This document shows, one piece after another, positions 16,652 to 25,570 of a DNA stretch of 31,380 bases. The position numbers were made by a program, and so were the translations under genes. The notes under the pieces are model-generated. The model saw only the letters and a list, made by a program, of their open reading frames with translations, had not been told where the DNA came from and did not search any database. Each line of letters opens with the position of its first letter. Position 1 is the first letter of the stretch. Source of the stretch: Candidatus Fraserbacteria bacterium (GTDB lineage Bacteria; Bipolaricaulota; Bipolaricaulia; RBG-16-55-9); NCBI GenBank assembly GCA_037442925.1, contig JBBIPG010000022.1, forward strand, positions 1-31,380, read 5' to 3'.

Positions 16652-17393
16652 ACAAGTTCAGGTGATTGATCCGGCTGGCCAACACACCGGCCCCAAAGCC
16701 GTTGTCGATGTTCACCACCGCGACACCGGGCACGCAGCAATTGAGCATAGTGAGTAGTGCTGAGAGCCCCTGAAAACTTGCCCCGTATCCTCGGCTCGTG
16801 GGTACTGCGATCACGGGTTTGTCTACTAAGCCTGCCACCAAGGTGGGCAACACACCATCCATGCCAGCCACGACGACGAGCACGTTGGCACTCAGCAACT
16901 GATCTGCCTGATCGAGCAAGCGATGCACTCCCGCCGCACCGACATCGAACTCCCTTGCGACGGCATTCCCCAAGAGTTCGGCTGTGACAGCAGCCTCTTC
17001 CGCCACTGGCAGATCTGAAGTGCCAGCAGTCAGAACGAGCACTTGGCCACCTTGAATCTCTCTTGGCTCCCCCAACGAGACCATCCGCGCAGCCTCATGA
17101 TAGATCGTCTTGGGGAAACGCTTTTGGATGGCACGAACGTGCTCCAACTCCGCCCGTGTGGCAACCACTAGTGACTCGTATTCATGCAATTGACCCACAA
17201 GCTCCACAACTTGATCGGCAGTCTTCCCCGAACAGAAGATCACTTCGGGGATGCCCTGCCGCAGCGAGCGATGAGTATCCAGTTTGGAGTGGCCCACATC
17301 GAGATAGCCGCGCAGAGCTTTCAGTTTTCTTGACGCATCATCGACAGAGATCTTACCGTCGCGAACGCCTTCGAGGAGCGCTCTCCACTTCAT
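16650..17393 (-). CDS. larB: LarB / AIR-carboxylase-like nickel pincer cofactor biosynthesis protein
   Basis: PEVIFCSGKT, AGTSDLPVAEEA, AGMDGVLP, PTSRGYG, VVNIDNGFGA. Confidence 0.92.
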   Translation of the reverse strand: MKWRALLEGVRDGKISVDDASRKLKALRGYLDVGHSKLDTHRSLRQGIPEVIFCSGKTADQVVELVGQLHEYESLVVATRAELEHVRAIQKRFPKTIYHEAARMVSLGEPREIQGGQVLVLTAGTSDLPVAEEAAVTAELLGNAVAREFDVGAAGVHRLLDQADQLLSANVLVVVAGMDGVLPTLVAGLVDKPVIAVPTSRGYGASFQGLSALLTMLNCCVPGVAVVNIDNGFGAGVLASRINHLNL

Positions 17394-17510
17394 TCAGAAT
17401 ATCCTCCTGTTGGGGTACTTTAGGGGAAGAGATGGGGGCAAAGCAAGCTGTCATCATTTGCCATTCTCTTCATGGCTCCATTACAATCTCGCCCCAAGAG
17501 AGGAATACAC

Positions 17511-19031
17511 ATGAGCGCTGATCGCATCTTTATAGACGGAACCGTGCTCACTATCAGTGAGGGACGAGCGCAAGCCCTGGCCGTTTGCGATGGACGCATT
17601 CAAGCTGTCGGTCAGACAGCAGACATTAAGAAACTCGCAGGCCCCAAAACGGAAATCATTGATTTGAAGGGAAAGACTCTCATGCCTGCGTTCATCGACG
17701 CCCACATGCACGTGGTGAGCCAGGGCCTCAAGGAGACAGGCCATATTCTCGATCTCTCGGAGACGCGCTCTCTCGATGAGACTCTAGCAAAAGTTCGTGA
17801 GGCAGTGACGCGTCGCGGTGAAGGGGCTTGGATCCGAGGCCGCGGCTGGGACGAGAGCTTCTGGCCGGAACGGCGATATATCACGCGTGCGGACCTTGAT
17901 CGCATCGCACCGAAAAACCCCGTGGCACTCAGCCGCATCGATGGACATCTCTTGGTGGTGAACACTCAGGCACTGAAACTCGTGTCGGTGAAGGCTGACG
18001 CCGATGAGTTTGATCCTCAACAGGGCTTACTGAGAGAAAAAGCTGTGGATAGTTTTCTGCAGCACATCACGCCCAAGCCGGAAGAGATCGAAGAGGCTAT
18101 CCGGGCAGCGACGCGACTTGCTCACTCGCTGGGAGTCACCGCTGTTCATGATGTTGTACGAGCGGAACACATACGAGCATATCAGCGCCTCCATCGACGC
18201 GGAGAACTCCGCTTACGAGTCCGCATGAATCCGCTGGTGGAGCAGCTTGATTCTCTCATCGAGCTGGGTTTCTCATCGGATTTCGGCGACGAGGTTCTCC
18301 AACTGGGAGCCATCAAGTTGTTCACAGACGGCTCGATTGGCGCGCGGAACGCGGCACTCTTAGAACCGTACGTAGATAGTGCTCATACTTCGGGCACACT
18401 CAATTATCCCCAGGACGAGCTGAACGCTCTTGTGAAGAAGGCCCACGAAAACGACTTTCAGCTGATGATCCACGCCATCGGGGATCGAGCCATTCAAGCT
18501 GCACTGGAAGCTCTCAAGGCAGCGGGAGTAAAACCTCAAGACCGACCACGCATCGAGCACTTCGAGCTGCCCACAGAGAAGCAGCTCAAGCTAGCCAGAG
18601 AACTCGGGGTTATTGCCTCGATGCAACCGAACTTTCTGCAATGGAGCGGCTCCGCCGGACTCTATGAAACCCGCTTGGGACTAGAGCGCGACGCTCGCAT
18701 CGATCCCCATCGTGCAGTGCTTGAAAGGAAAGTGCCCTTGGCACTCGGCTCCGATGGGATGCCCTTCAACCCGCTCTACGGAATTCATCTCGCTGTGAAC
18801 GCTCCTCACAAGCAGCAAAGAATCACAGTAGATGCGGCGCTACACGCGTACACACTAGGCGCGGCCTATGCGGGTTTCCAAGAGCAAGAACTGGGTTCGC
18901 TGGAGCCGGGCCAGCGAGCAGATCTCGTGGTGCTCTCGGAGGATCCCACTGCTTCCCCCAAGCACATCCAAGAGATTCGCGTGCTGGAGACGTACTTGAA
19001 TGGCGAGTGCGTCTTCGCCGCCGATACTTGA
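17511..19031 (+). CDS. amidohydrolase 3 family (YtcJ-like)
   Basis: FIDAHMH, KLFTDGSIG, HAIGDRA, RIEH, GSD motifs. Confidence 0.92.
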   Translation: MSADRIFIDGTVLTISEGRAQALAVCDGRIQAVGQTADIKKLAGPKTEIIDLKGKTLMPAFIDAHMHVVSQGLKETGHILDLSETRSLDETLAKVREAVTRRGEGAWIRGRGWDESFWPERRYITRADLDRIAPKNPVALSRIDGHLLVVNTQALKLVSVKADADEFDPQQGLLREKAVDSFLQHITPKPEEIEEAIRAATRLAHSLGVTAVHDVVRAEHIRAYQRLHRRGELRLRVRMNPLVEQLDSLIELGFSSDFGDEVLQLGAIKLFTDGSIGARNAALLEPYVDSAHTSGTLNYPQDELNALVKKAHENDFQLMIHAIGDRAIQAALEALKAAGVKPQDRPRIEHFELPTEKQLKLARELGVIASMQPNFLQWSGSAGLYETRLGLERDARIDPHRAVLERKVPLALGSDGMPFNPLYGIHLAVNAPHKQQRITVDAALHAYTLGAAYAGFQEQELGSLEPGQRADLVVLSEDPTASPKHIQEIRVLETYLNGECVFAADT

Positions 19032-19103
19032 TTTCGCGCGCCGGTTCTGTTACTGTGACAATGCAATTACATCCACCCGAACAACTTCTGGAGGAGGGGC
19101 TAC

Positions 19104-20168
19104 TTGAAAGCGGTTGTCTTGTGCGCGGGGGAGGGAACACGCCTTCGGCCTCTTACCCATACCAGCGCCAAGCATCTCATTCCCGTGGCCAATCGTCCTG
19201 TCATCCTCCACACGCTAGAGGCCATTCGTGAGGCCGGAATTCGTGAAGTCGGCGTGGTCGTCAGCCCCAACGTAGAGGAAGAGTTTCACGCCACACTGAA
19301 AGATGGCTCCGAGTGGGGACTCAACATCGATTATGTGCTTCAGGAGCAGCCGAAAGGGTTGGCCCACGCCGTTGCCTGCGTGCGTGACTATGTGGGCAAA
19401 GATCCCTTTCTAGTCTACCTCGGGGATAATCTCCTCGAGCATGGTGTGCGAGAGCTCGTCCAGGATTTCCAGCGCGAAGCAGCCAGTGCGACTCTGTTGC
19501 TGGCTGAAGTGAAAGATCCCACCAGCTTCGGCGTCGCTCGCCTCGAAGATGGCAAGATCGTCGAACTCATCGAGAAACCGAAGAAGCCCCCCAGCAACCT
19601 GGCTATTGTGGGCGTCTATCTCTTCGACCATCAGATCTTCGACGCCATCGAGCAGATTGAACCCTCATGGCGTGGAGAGCTCGAGATCACCGATGCCATT
19701 CAGCGACTCATTGAGCAAGGCCATCGCGTGAGCCCTCATCTCCTCAAGGGTTGGTGGAAGGACGTGGGACGCCCGGAGGATATGCTCGATGCCAATCGCC
19801 TCCTGCTGGAAAGACTGGAGACAGGCATCCGTTCGCCTGTGCCAGCTAACTCGCGCGTCATCGGGCGAGTCTCAATTGCAGAAGGCGTCCAGATACACGA
19901 TAGCCAGCTGCGTGGGCCATTGGTGATTGGGCCGGGGGCCATCGTTCGTCATTCGTTTATCGGACCGTTCACATCGATCGATAAAGACGTGCAGGTTCAG
20001 CAAAGCGAGATCGAATATAGCATCGTGATGGCCGGTGCTTCCATCGATGGAGTCGGACGCATCGATCATAGCCTCATCGGCAGAAACGTTCGCATTCACC
20101 ACCGCGACCGGCCTCCGGCAACGTACCACTTCGTCATTGGCGATAATACCGAAGTTCAATTGATTTAG
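19104..20168 (+). CDS. glucose-1-phosphate thymidylyltransferase, long form
   Basis: AGEGTRLRPLT..AKHL, GLAHAV, EKP, RGELEITDAI, C-terminal beta-helix; TTG start with GGAGG SD. Confidence 0.92.
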   Translation: MKAVVLCAGEGTRLRPLTHTSAKHLIPVANRPVILHTLEAIREAGIREVGVVVSPNVEEEFHATLKDGSEWGLNIDYVLQEQPKGLAHAVACVRDYVGKDPFLVYLGDNLLEHGVRELVQDFQREAASATLLLAEVKDPTSFGVARLEDGKIVELIEKPKKPPSNLAIVGVYLFDHQIFDAIEQIEPSWRGELEITDAIQRLIEQGHRVSPHLLKGWWKDVGRPEDMLDANRLLLERLETGIRSPVPANSRVIGRVSIAEGVQIHDSQLRGPLVIGPGAIVRHSFIGPFTSIDKDVQVQQSEIEYSIVMAGASIDGVGRIDHSLIGRNVRIHHRDRPPATYHFVIGDNTEVQLI

Positions 20169-20189
20169 GATAAAACTCGAGGTGATGGG

Positions 20190-21314
20190 ATGAAGGTAAC
20201 TCTTTCAGCGATCAAAGCGGATATCGGGGCCATCGGCGGCCATCTGGCTCCCAGCAAGGCCGTCTTAGGACGGGTGCGGGACTACGTCCAATCGAAGAGT
20301 AAAGGATTGGTGATCGACTCCTACATAACGTACACGGGCGATGACATCGCGATCTTGATGTCGCATGAGCGAGGATCGAACAATCCAGAGATTCACGCTC
20401 TAGCCTGGGAAGCGTTCCGTCAAGGGACGGAAGTGGCCAAAGCAGAAGGCCTCTATGGCGCGGGGCAGGATTTGCTCAAAGACAGCTTTGCCGGCAACGT
20501 GCGGGGCATGGGACCGGCAGTGGCGGAAATCGAGTTTGACGAGCGCCCCAATGAGCCCTTCTTGCTCTTCGCTGCTGATAAGACAGAACCGGGAGCCTAC
20601 AATCTCCCGCTGTATCTGGGGTTTGCCGATCCGATGTACTGTCCAGGCCTGATGCTTAGCCCCAGCATGGCGAAGGGCTTTACGTTTGTGATCATGGACG
20701 TGAATTATACCGAAGGGGACCGCGTGATCGAGCTACACGCTCCGGAAGATCTCTATGATCTCGCCGCGCTTCTACGAGACACCCACCGCTTCGTGATCGA
20801 GGGAATCCACTCGCGCACCACGGGAGAGCTCTGCGTCGCTTGCAGCACCACGCGTCTGCACAACATCGCCGGCAAGTATGTGGGCAAAGATGACCCCGTG
20901 ATGATCGTGCGGACACAGTCCCAATTCCCGGCCACAGGCGAGATCATCGCACCGTTCGCTCTGGCCCATTACGTGAGCGGCGACTGTCGCGGCAGCCACA
21001 ACGTAGCTCTCATGCCCGTAAAGCACGCCTCTCCCGTAGCCTACTTCGATGGTCCGGCCCTCGTCTCGTGTCTCAGCTTCTGCGTGCACAATGGAAGATT
21101 CACAGAGCCCATAGATGTCTTCGATCATCCGTTCTGGGATTGGGTTAGGCAGAAAGCATCCGAGAAGACGCTCGAGATGAGGCGTCAGGGGTTCTCGGGC
21201 CCCGCCATGGTCGGTCTCGATGAACTGGAATATGGGGGCATCACGGAGCGTTTGGAGCGCCTCGAGGGCAAGTTCTCGATCCGAAAAGCAGCTGCCACGA
21301 AGTCGAAACGATGA
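20190..21314 (+). CDS. fbp: bifunctional fructose-1,6-bisphosphate aldolase/phosphatase (class V FBPase)
   Basis: IKADIG..GGH, GDD, LYGAGQDLL, ADKTEPGA, HNIAGKYVGKDDP, ELEY. Confidence 0.95.
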   Translation: MKVTLSAIKADIGAIGGHLAPSKAVLGRVRDYVQSKSKGLVIDSYITYTGDDIAILMSHERGSNNPEIHALAWEAFRQGTEVAKAEGLYGAGQDLLKDSFAGNVRGMGPAVAEIEFDERPNEPFLLFAADKTEPGAYNLPLYLGFADPMYCPGLMLSPSMAKGFTFVIMDVNYTEGDRVIELHAPEDLYDLAALLRDTHRFVIEGIHSRTTGELCVACSTTRLHNIAGKYVGKDDPVMIVRTQSQFPATGEIIAPFALAHYVSGDCRGSHNVALMPVKHASPVAYFDGPALVSCLSFCVHNGRFTEPIDVFDHPFWDWVRQKASEKTLEMRRQGFSGPAMVGLDELEYGGITERLERLEGKFSIRKAAATKSKR

Positions 21315-21883
21315 AACGGGCTTCGGAGATCCACAAGATCCTCTGGGATGAGGCAACAATTCAGGCGCGGGTTCGCGAGCTGGGGATTCAGATTAGCCGC
21401 GATTATGAGTCGTTGCTGAGTGAAAACCTCGCTCAAAGCCCTCCCCTTGCTGTAGGTCTCTTGCGGGGTGCCGTCGTCTTCATGGCCGATCTGATTCGTG
21501 CCATGTCTATCCCGGTAGAGTGCGATTTCATTCAGATCGCAAGCTACGGGAAGGCTTCCAAGCCCGGAGAACTCCGGTTCATTCGAGATCTAGAGAACCC
21601 TGTGAAAGAGCGCCATCTCTTGATCGTCGAGGATATAGTAGATACGGGACAGACACTGAGTTATCTGCGTGAGAAGCTCACGATGTGCGGAGCAGCTTCC
21701 GTGAAGTTTTGTGCCTTCATTGACAAGACAGCCCGCCGTCAGGCAACTGTAGAACTCGATTACGTGGGCTTCCAGTTGGAAGAAGATGCCTTTCTGGTGG
21801 GGTACGGGCTGGATTACGCTGAAAAATACCGCAATTTGCCTTTCATCGCAGCCCTCAAGCCGGAAGCGCTCACCTCGCACTAG
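21311..21883 (+). CDS. hpt: hypoxanthine phosphoribosyltransferase
   Basis: LIVEDIVDTGQT, FLVGYGLDYAEKYRNLP. Confidence 0.96.
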   Translation: MKRASEIHKILWDEATIQARVRELGIQISRDYESLLSENLAQSPPLAVGLLRGAVVFMADLIRAMSIPVECDFIQIASYGKASKPGELRFIRDLENPVKERHLLIVEDIVDTGQTLSYLREKLTMCGAASVKFCAFIDKTARRQATVELDYVGFQLEEDAFLVGYGLDYAEKYRNLPFIAALKPEALTSH

Positions 21884-21889
21884 CCTTTC

Positions 21890-22891
21890 ATGAGCCAGTA
21901 CGTGTTAGGCCTCGAGACTTCATGCGATGAGACGGCAGCCGCTGTGCTCCAAGGCGGCCGCCAGGTGCTCTCCAACGTCGTCTACTCTCAAGCCGAGATC
22001 CATCGCAAGTACGGAGGCGTCGTGCCGGAGGTGGCCTCCCGAGATCACTTGCGCAAGCTGCCCTACATCGTCGAAGAGAGTCTCAAACAAGCGCGTGTCG
22101 GTTTGAATGACATCGACCTCATTGGGGTCACGCAAGGTCCCGGGCTTGTCGGCTGCCTGCTCGTCGGCCTCTCGATGGCCAAGGGGCTCGCGTACGGCCT
22201 AGAGATTCCCTTGGTGGGGGTGAATCACCTCGAGGGGCATCTCTTTGCCCATTACATCGAGAAGGGGGAGCGAGCTCCGCCGCCATTTGTGGCGCTCATC
22301 GTCTCCGGCGGGCACACATTGCTTGTATTCGTCCGTGAGTGGGGGCACTATGAGGTTCTGGGTGAGACTCGCGATGACGCAGCAGGAGAAGCTTTCGACA
22401 AAGTAGGCAAATTGATCGGGTTGGGGTATCCAGCGGGACCTGCCATCGATCGACTGGCCAAGCAGGGCGATTCGCGGGCGATCCCATTCCCCCGTCCTCT
22501 GTTAGATGCTTCGGGCTACGAGTTCAGCTTTGCTGGACTCAAGACGGCAGTTGTGTATCACCTACGCGATAATCCCAGCACTCCGCAAGAGGACTTGGCA
22601 GCCTCCTTCCAAGAGGCAGTCGTAGACGTTCTGGTTGAGAAGGCTCTGCGGGCAGCTCAAGCCAAGAAGGTCCGCCGTCTGGTCATCGTCGGAGGAGTCG
22701 CAGCCAACTCGCGCCTGCGCGAGAAGTTCAAGGCACGTAGCGAGAAATGCGAAGTGCACTTCCCCTCGCTCGCGCTGTGCACGGACAACGCCGCGATGAT
22801 TGCGGCAGCAGCATATTTCCATCACACGCATCAGCACTATTCGCAAGAGATGGAATGGACTCTATCACCTCAGTCTGGGCTGAAATTATAA
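21890..22891 (+). CDS. tsaD: tRNA N6-threonylcarbamoyltransferase
   Basis: ETSCDET, GGVVPEVASRDH, HLEGH, SGGHT, DDAAGEAFDK, TDNAAMI. Confidence 0.98.
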   Translation: MSQYVLGLETSCDETAAAVLQGGRQVLSNVVYSQAEIHRKYGGVVPEVASRDHLRKLPYIVEESLKQARVGLNDIDLIGVTQGPGLVGCLLVGLSMAKGLAYGLEIPLVGVNHLEGHLFAHYIEKGERAPPPFVALIVSGGHTLLVFVREWGHYEVLGETRDDAAGEAFDKVGKLIGLGYPAGPAIDRLAKQGDSRAIPFPRPLLDASGYEFSFAGLKTAVVYHLRDNPSTPQEDLAASFQEAVVDVLVEKALRAAQAKKVRRLVIVGGVAANSRLREKFKARSEKCEVHFPSLALCTDNAAMIAAAAYFHHTHQHYSQEMEWTLSPQSGLKL

Positions 22892-23190
22892 GTTAAAATT
22901 GAAAATATCTTTTATCTTTCCCCTGTGGAAAAACCTGTGGATAACCCTGGGGAAATCCTGTGGAAAACTGACCCCAAGCTGTGGAAAACTCCTGTGGAAA
23001 ACTCCCCAGCCGAGTTATCCACAGAAGTTATCCACAAGGGCAAGGCACTTTTCCACAGTTTTTCCACAGATCTATCCACAGGCAATTTTGAATTCTCATC
23101 TAAACAAAAGCCACTTTTCCACAGGTTGGAAGGCCCCCTACAACTACTACTAGATAATAAATAATAAGCCTGTAGTTGTTGTTGTAAGGC
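22892..23190. other. probable chromosomal replication origin oriC
   Basis: 11 DnaA boxes (3 perfect TTATCCACA, 7 TTTTCCACA, 1 CTATCCACA) plus one degenerate; GGCCCCC followed by TAC-AAC-TAC-TAC-TAG trios and an AT-rich tract. Confidence 0.9.
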
Positions 23191-23258
23191 TGCCGACTGT
23201 CTACGGAAGGCCAAGGACTTTTGCTTCTGGGTAGACGCTCAAAGTACAATCACCAAAG

Positions 23259-23804
23259 ATGAGTCTGATCAATCTAGAAGAGATCCGTCGTGTCTTTGAA
23301 AGACAAGGCCTGGGTAAAGAATTCTTAGAGCAGGAACCGCTGCTCTTCTGGCCCAGAGTCGCTGGGACACACATGAGTCGGCTGACCCAACCTCTGCGCG
23401 TTCGGCTGGGAGTCTTATATGTGGAAGCAGCGAACCACGTGGTTGCACAGCAACTCAGCTTAATGAAAGACGCATATCTCACTAAACTCAATGCGTTCTT
23501 AAGCGAAGGGCGGGTGATTGATCTGCGTTTTCGCGTGAGAAGTTCCTCCAGATCTCAAGCTCCAGAGCCACGCCAAGAAGGGGAACAGTTGAGCTTGCTG
23601 GAACGGGAGAAGTTGGAACAGTTGCTCGACAGCGTGGAAGACCCTCATCTGCGAAAAGCCTTTGAGGGTGTGATCCTGGCGTTAGCCAAGCGAGATCGCG
23701 AGCGGGAAGCCCACGGTTGTAACGTGTGCAAGATCTGTGGCGTCCATCACGACGGCGAAGGGGCAGTCTGCTATTATTGCCATCAGGAAGGGCAAACAGC
23801 GTGA
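23259..23804 (+). CDS. dciA: DUF721/DciA-family helicase loader-like protein with C-terminal Zn ribbon
   Basis: WPRVAG..TQPLRV..GVLYVEA..AQQL..IDLRF DUF721 pattern; CKIC..CYYC tail. Confidence 0.8.
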   Translation: MSLINLEEIRRVFERQGLGKEFLEQEPLLFWPRVAGTHMSRLTQPLRVRLGVLYVEAANHVVAQQLSLMKDAYLTKLNAFLSEGRVIDLRFRVRSSSRSQAPEPRQEGEQLSLLEREKLEQLLDSVEDPHLRKAFEGVILALAKRDREREAHGCNVCKICGVHHDGEGAVCYYCHQEGQTA

Positions 23805-24973
23805 CGCTCACCATCGGTTTCTTTACAGATACATACGTGCCTCAGATCAACGGCGTGGCGACGCTTCTACCCATCTTGGATCGACTGTTGACAAAACAGG
23901 GGCATCGCGTCTATACCTTCGCTCCCTCCTACCACGGACGCCGCTGGAGCCTGGAGGGTGAGAGGGTCTTTCGGTTTCCTGCTCTTAAGTTTCTCTACCA
24001 TAAAGAAAGCCGTGTGACGATCCCGTATCACCGTGAGGCCTGGCGAGCCTTCCAAGAACTGGATGTGATTCATAGTCACACGCCCTTCTCACTGGGGGTT
24101 CTGGCCATACGCCTCTCTCGTAGATATGATGTTCCGCATCTGCACACGTACCACACACTCTTCACGGAGTATCTTCACTATCTGCCCCGCTATCTGCGCC
24201 CGACTCCGGCCATGGTCGCGCGGATCAGCAGAGCCTTCTGCAATCGCTGTGATGCTGTAACTGTTCCCTCCAGCTCTATGAAGGAAGAACTCACCTCGTA
24301 CGGCATTACGGTGCCGATTCACACGCTGCCCTTCGGGATGGATCTAGAGGACTTTGCTGGGCCTCCTCAGATCGATGTGCAAAGGGAGCTTTCTCTCCCC
24401 GAGGGTGAGCAGCTGTTGCTGTGTGCTGGCCGTCTCTCTCGCGAGAAGAATGTCTCGTTTCTATTACGGGCGTTTCAAAGGGTGCTCCAGCATCAGCCAG
24501 CCGTAAGGCTTATCATCGTCGGGGACGGCCCTGCCCGTGGCGAACTTGAGCACGAAGCGAAGCAGCTGGGTATCGCTAGACAGGTCACTTTCACGGGCTA
24601 TCTGCCCTGGAAGACCCTCATCGATTACTACAAGAGCGCGGATCTCTTCGTCTACGCTTCCAAGACAGAAGCCCAAGGGATCGTCTTTGTGGAGGCTCTG
24701 GCCAGCGGATTGCCCGTGGTGGCCGTGGGGGAGATGGGCGCGTTGGAGGCCGTGGATCATGGCATCAACGGGCTGCTGATCCAGGACGATGAAGATGCCT
24801 TTGCCGAGGCGGTGCTGGGGCTTCTCCGCGATGAGAAACGTCTGGGGGAGATGCGCCGCGCCGCTCTCGTGCGCGCGGAGAAGACGAGCATTCAGCGTTC
24901 TCTCGAAACACTTCTCGGGATCTATCATCACATGCTCGAGGCAAGGCAACCTGTTGGACAAGCCGGACGCTAG
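23801..24973 (+). CDS. GT4 glycosyltransferase (diacylglycerol glucosyltransferase-like)
   Basis: FTDTYVPQINGV, HSHTPFSLG, HTYHT, GRLSREKN, EAQGIVFVEALASG; GTG start overlaps the upstream stop. Confidence 0.9.
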   Translation: MTLTIGFFTDTYVPQINGVATLLPILDRLLTKQGHRVYTFAPSYHGRRWSLEGERVFRFPALKFLYHKESRVTIPYHREAWRAFQELDVIHSHTPFSLGVLAIRLSRRYDVPHLHTYHTLFTEYLHYLPRYLRPTPAMVARISRAFCNRCDAVTVPSSSMKEELTSYGITVPIHTLPFGMDLEDFAGPPQIDVQRELSLPEGEQLLLCAGRLSREKNVSFLLRAFQRVLQHQPAVRLIIVGDGPARGELEHEAKQLGIARQVTFTGYLPWKTLIDYYKSADLFVYASKTEAQGIVFVEALASGLPVVAVGEMGALEAVDHGINGLLIQDDEDAFAEAVLGLLRDEKRLGEMRRAALVRAEKTSIQRSLETLLGIYHHMLEARQPVGQAGR

Positions 24974-24980
24974 CTTTCCC

Positions 24981-25009
24981 TTGCGGATCTCCCAACGTCA
25001 TGCTAGAAT
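24981..25009 (+). promoter_or_regulatory. putative hslVU promoter
   Basis: TTGCGG-17 bp-TAGAAT with extended TG. Confidence 0.5.
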
Positions 25010-25024
25010 GCCGTGAGGCTTCCT

Positions 25025-25567
25025 ATGCGCATTCGCGGGACCACAATCCTAGCCATTCGATCCGAAGAAGAGCGCAGGGCCGTCATCGCCGCCGATGGCC
25101 AAGCGACCATGAACAACCAGATCATCAAGAGCAAGATCCGCAAAGTGCATAAGATTTACGACAATCAGGTCTTGGTGGGTTTTGCCGGCACGACGGCGGA
25201 CTCTCTTACGCTCTTTGAACGCTTTGAGGGCAAGCTCAAAGATTGTAGCGGCAACTTGAAGAAGGCAGCAGTAGAGCTCAGCAAGGATTGGCGGACGGAT
25301 CGCGTCTTGCGGCGCTTGGAGGCTCTTATGGCCGTCGCGAACCGTCAGGGGCTTTTGCTCATTTCGGGTTCAGGTGATGTGCTTGAGCCGGATGAGGGGA
25401 TGGTTGGGCTGGGTAGCGGAGGCATGCATGCGTTGGCGGCGGCCAAAGCCCTGCGGCAAGAGACGCGGCTGCGCATACGCGAGATCGCAGAGAAGGCACT
25501 TAAGATCGCAGCCTCGATCGACGTCTATACGAACCAAGAGATCACGATGGAAGAACTGGAATGGTAA
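25025..25567 (+). CDS. hslV: ATP-dependent protease peptidase subunit HslV
   Basis: TTI active site after a short propeptide, ADGQAT, DWRTDRVLRRLEA, GSGG. Confidence 0.97.
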   Translation: MRIRGTTILAIRSEEERRAVIAADGQATMNNQIIKSKIRKVHKIYDNQVLVGFAGTTADSLTLFERFEGKLKDCSGNLKKAAVELSKDWRTDRVLRRLEALMAVANRQGLLLISGSGDVLEPDEGMVGLGSGGMHALAAAKALRQETRLRIREIAEKALKIAASIDVYTNQEITMEELEW

Positions 25568-25570
25568 GAC

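Noticed and set aside
22920..23125. Repeated short motifs as a CRISPR array or iterons
   Set aside because: Repeats are 9-mers matching DnaA boxes in both orientations with irregular spacing; no cas or rep gene.
22899..23214. Three short ORFs across the origin
   Set aside because: They are translations of DnaA-box repeats with no protein features.
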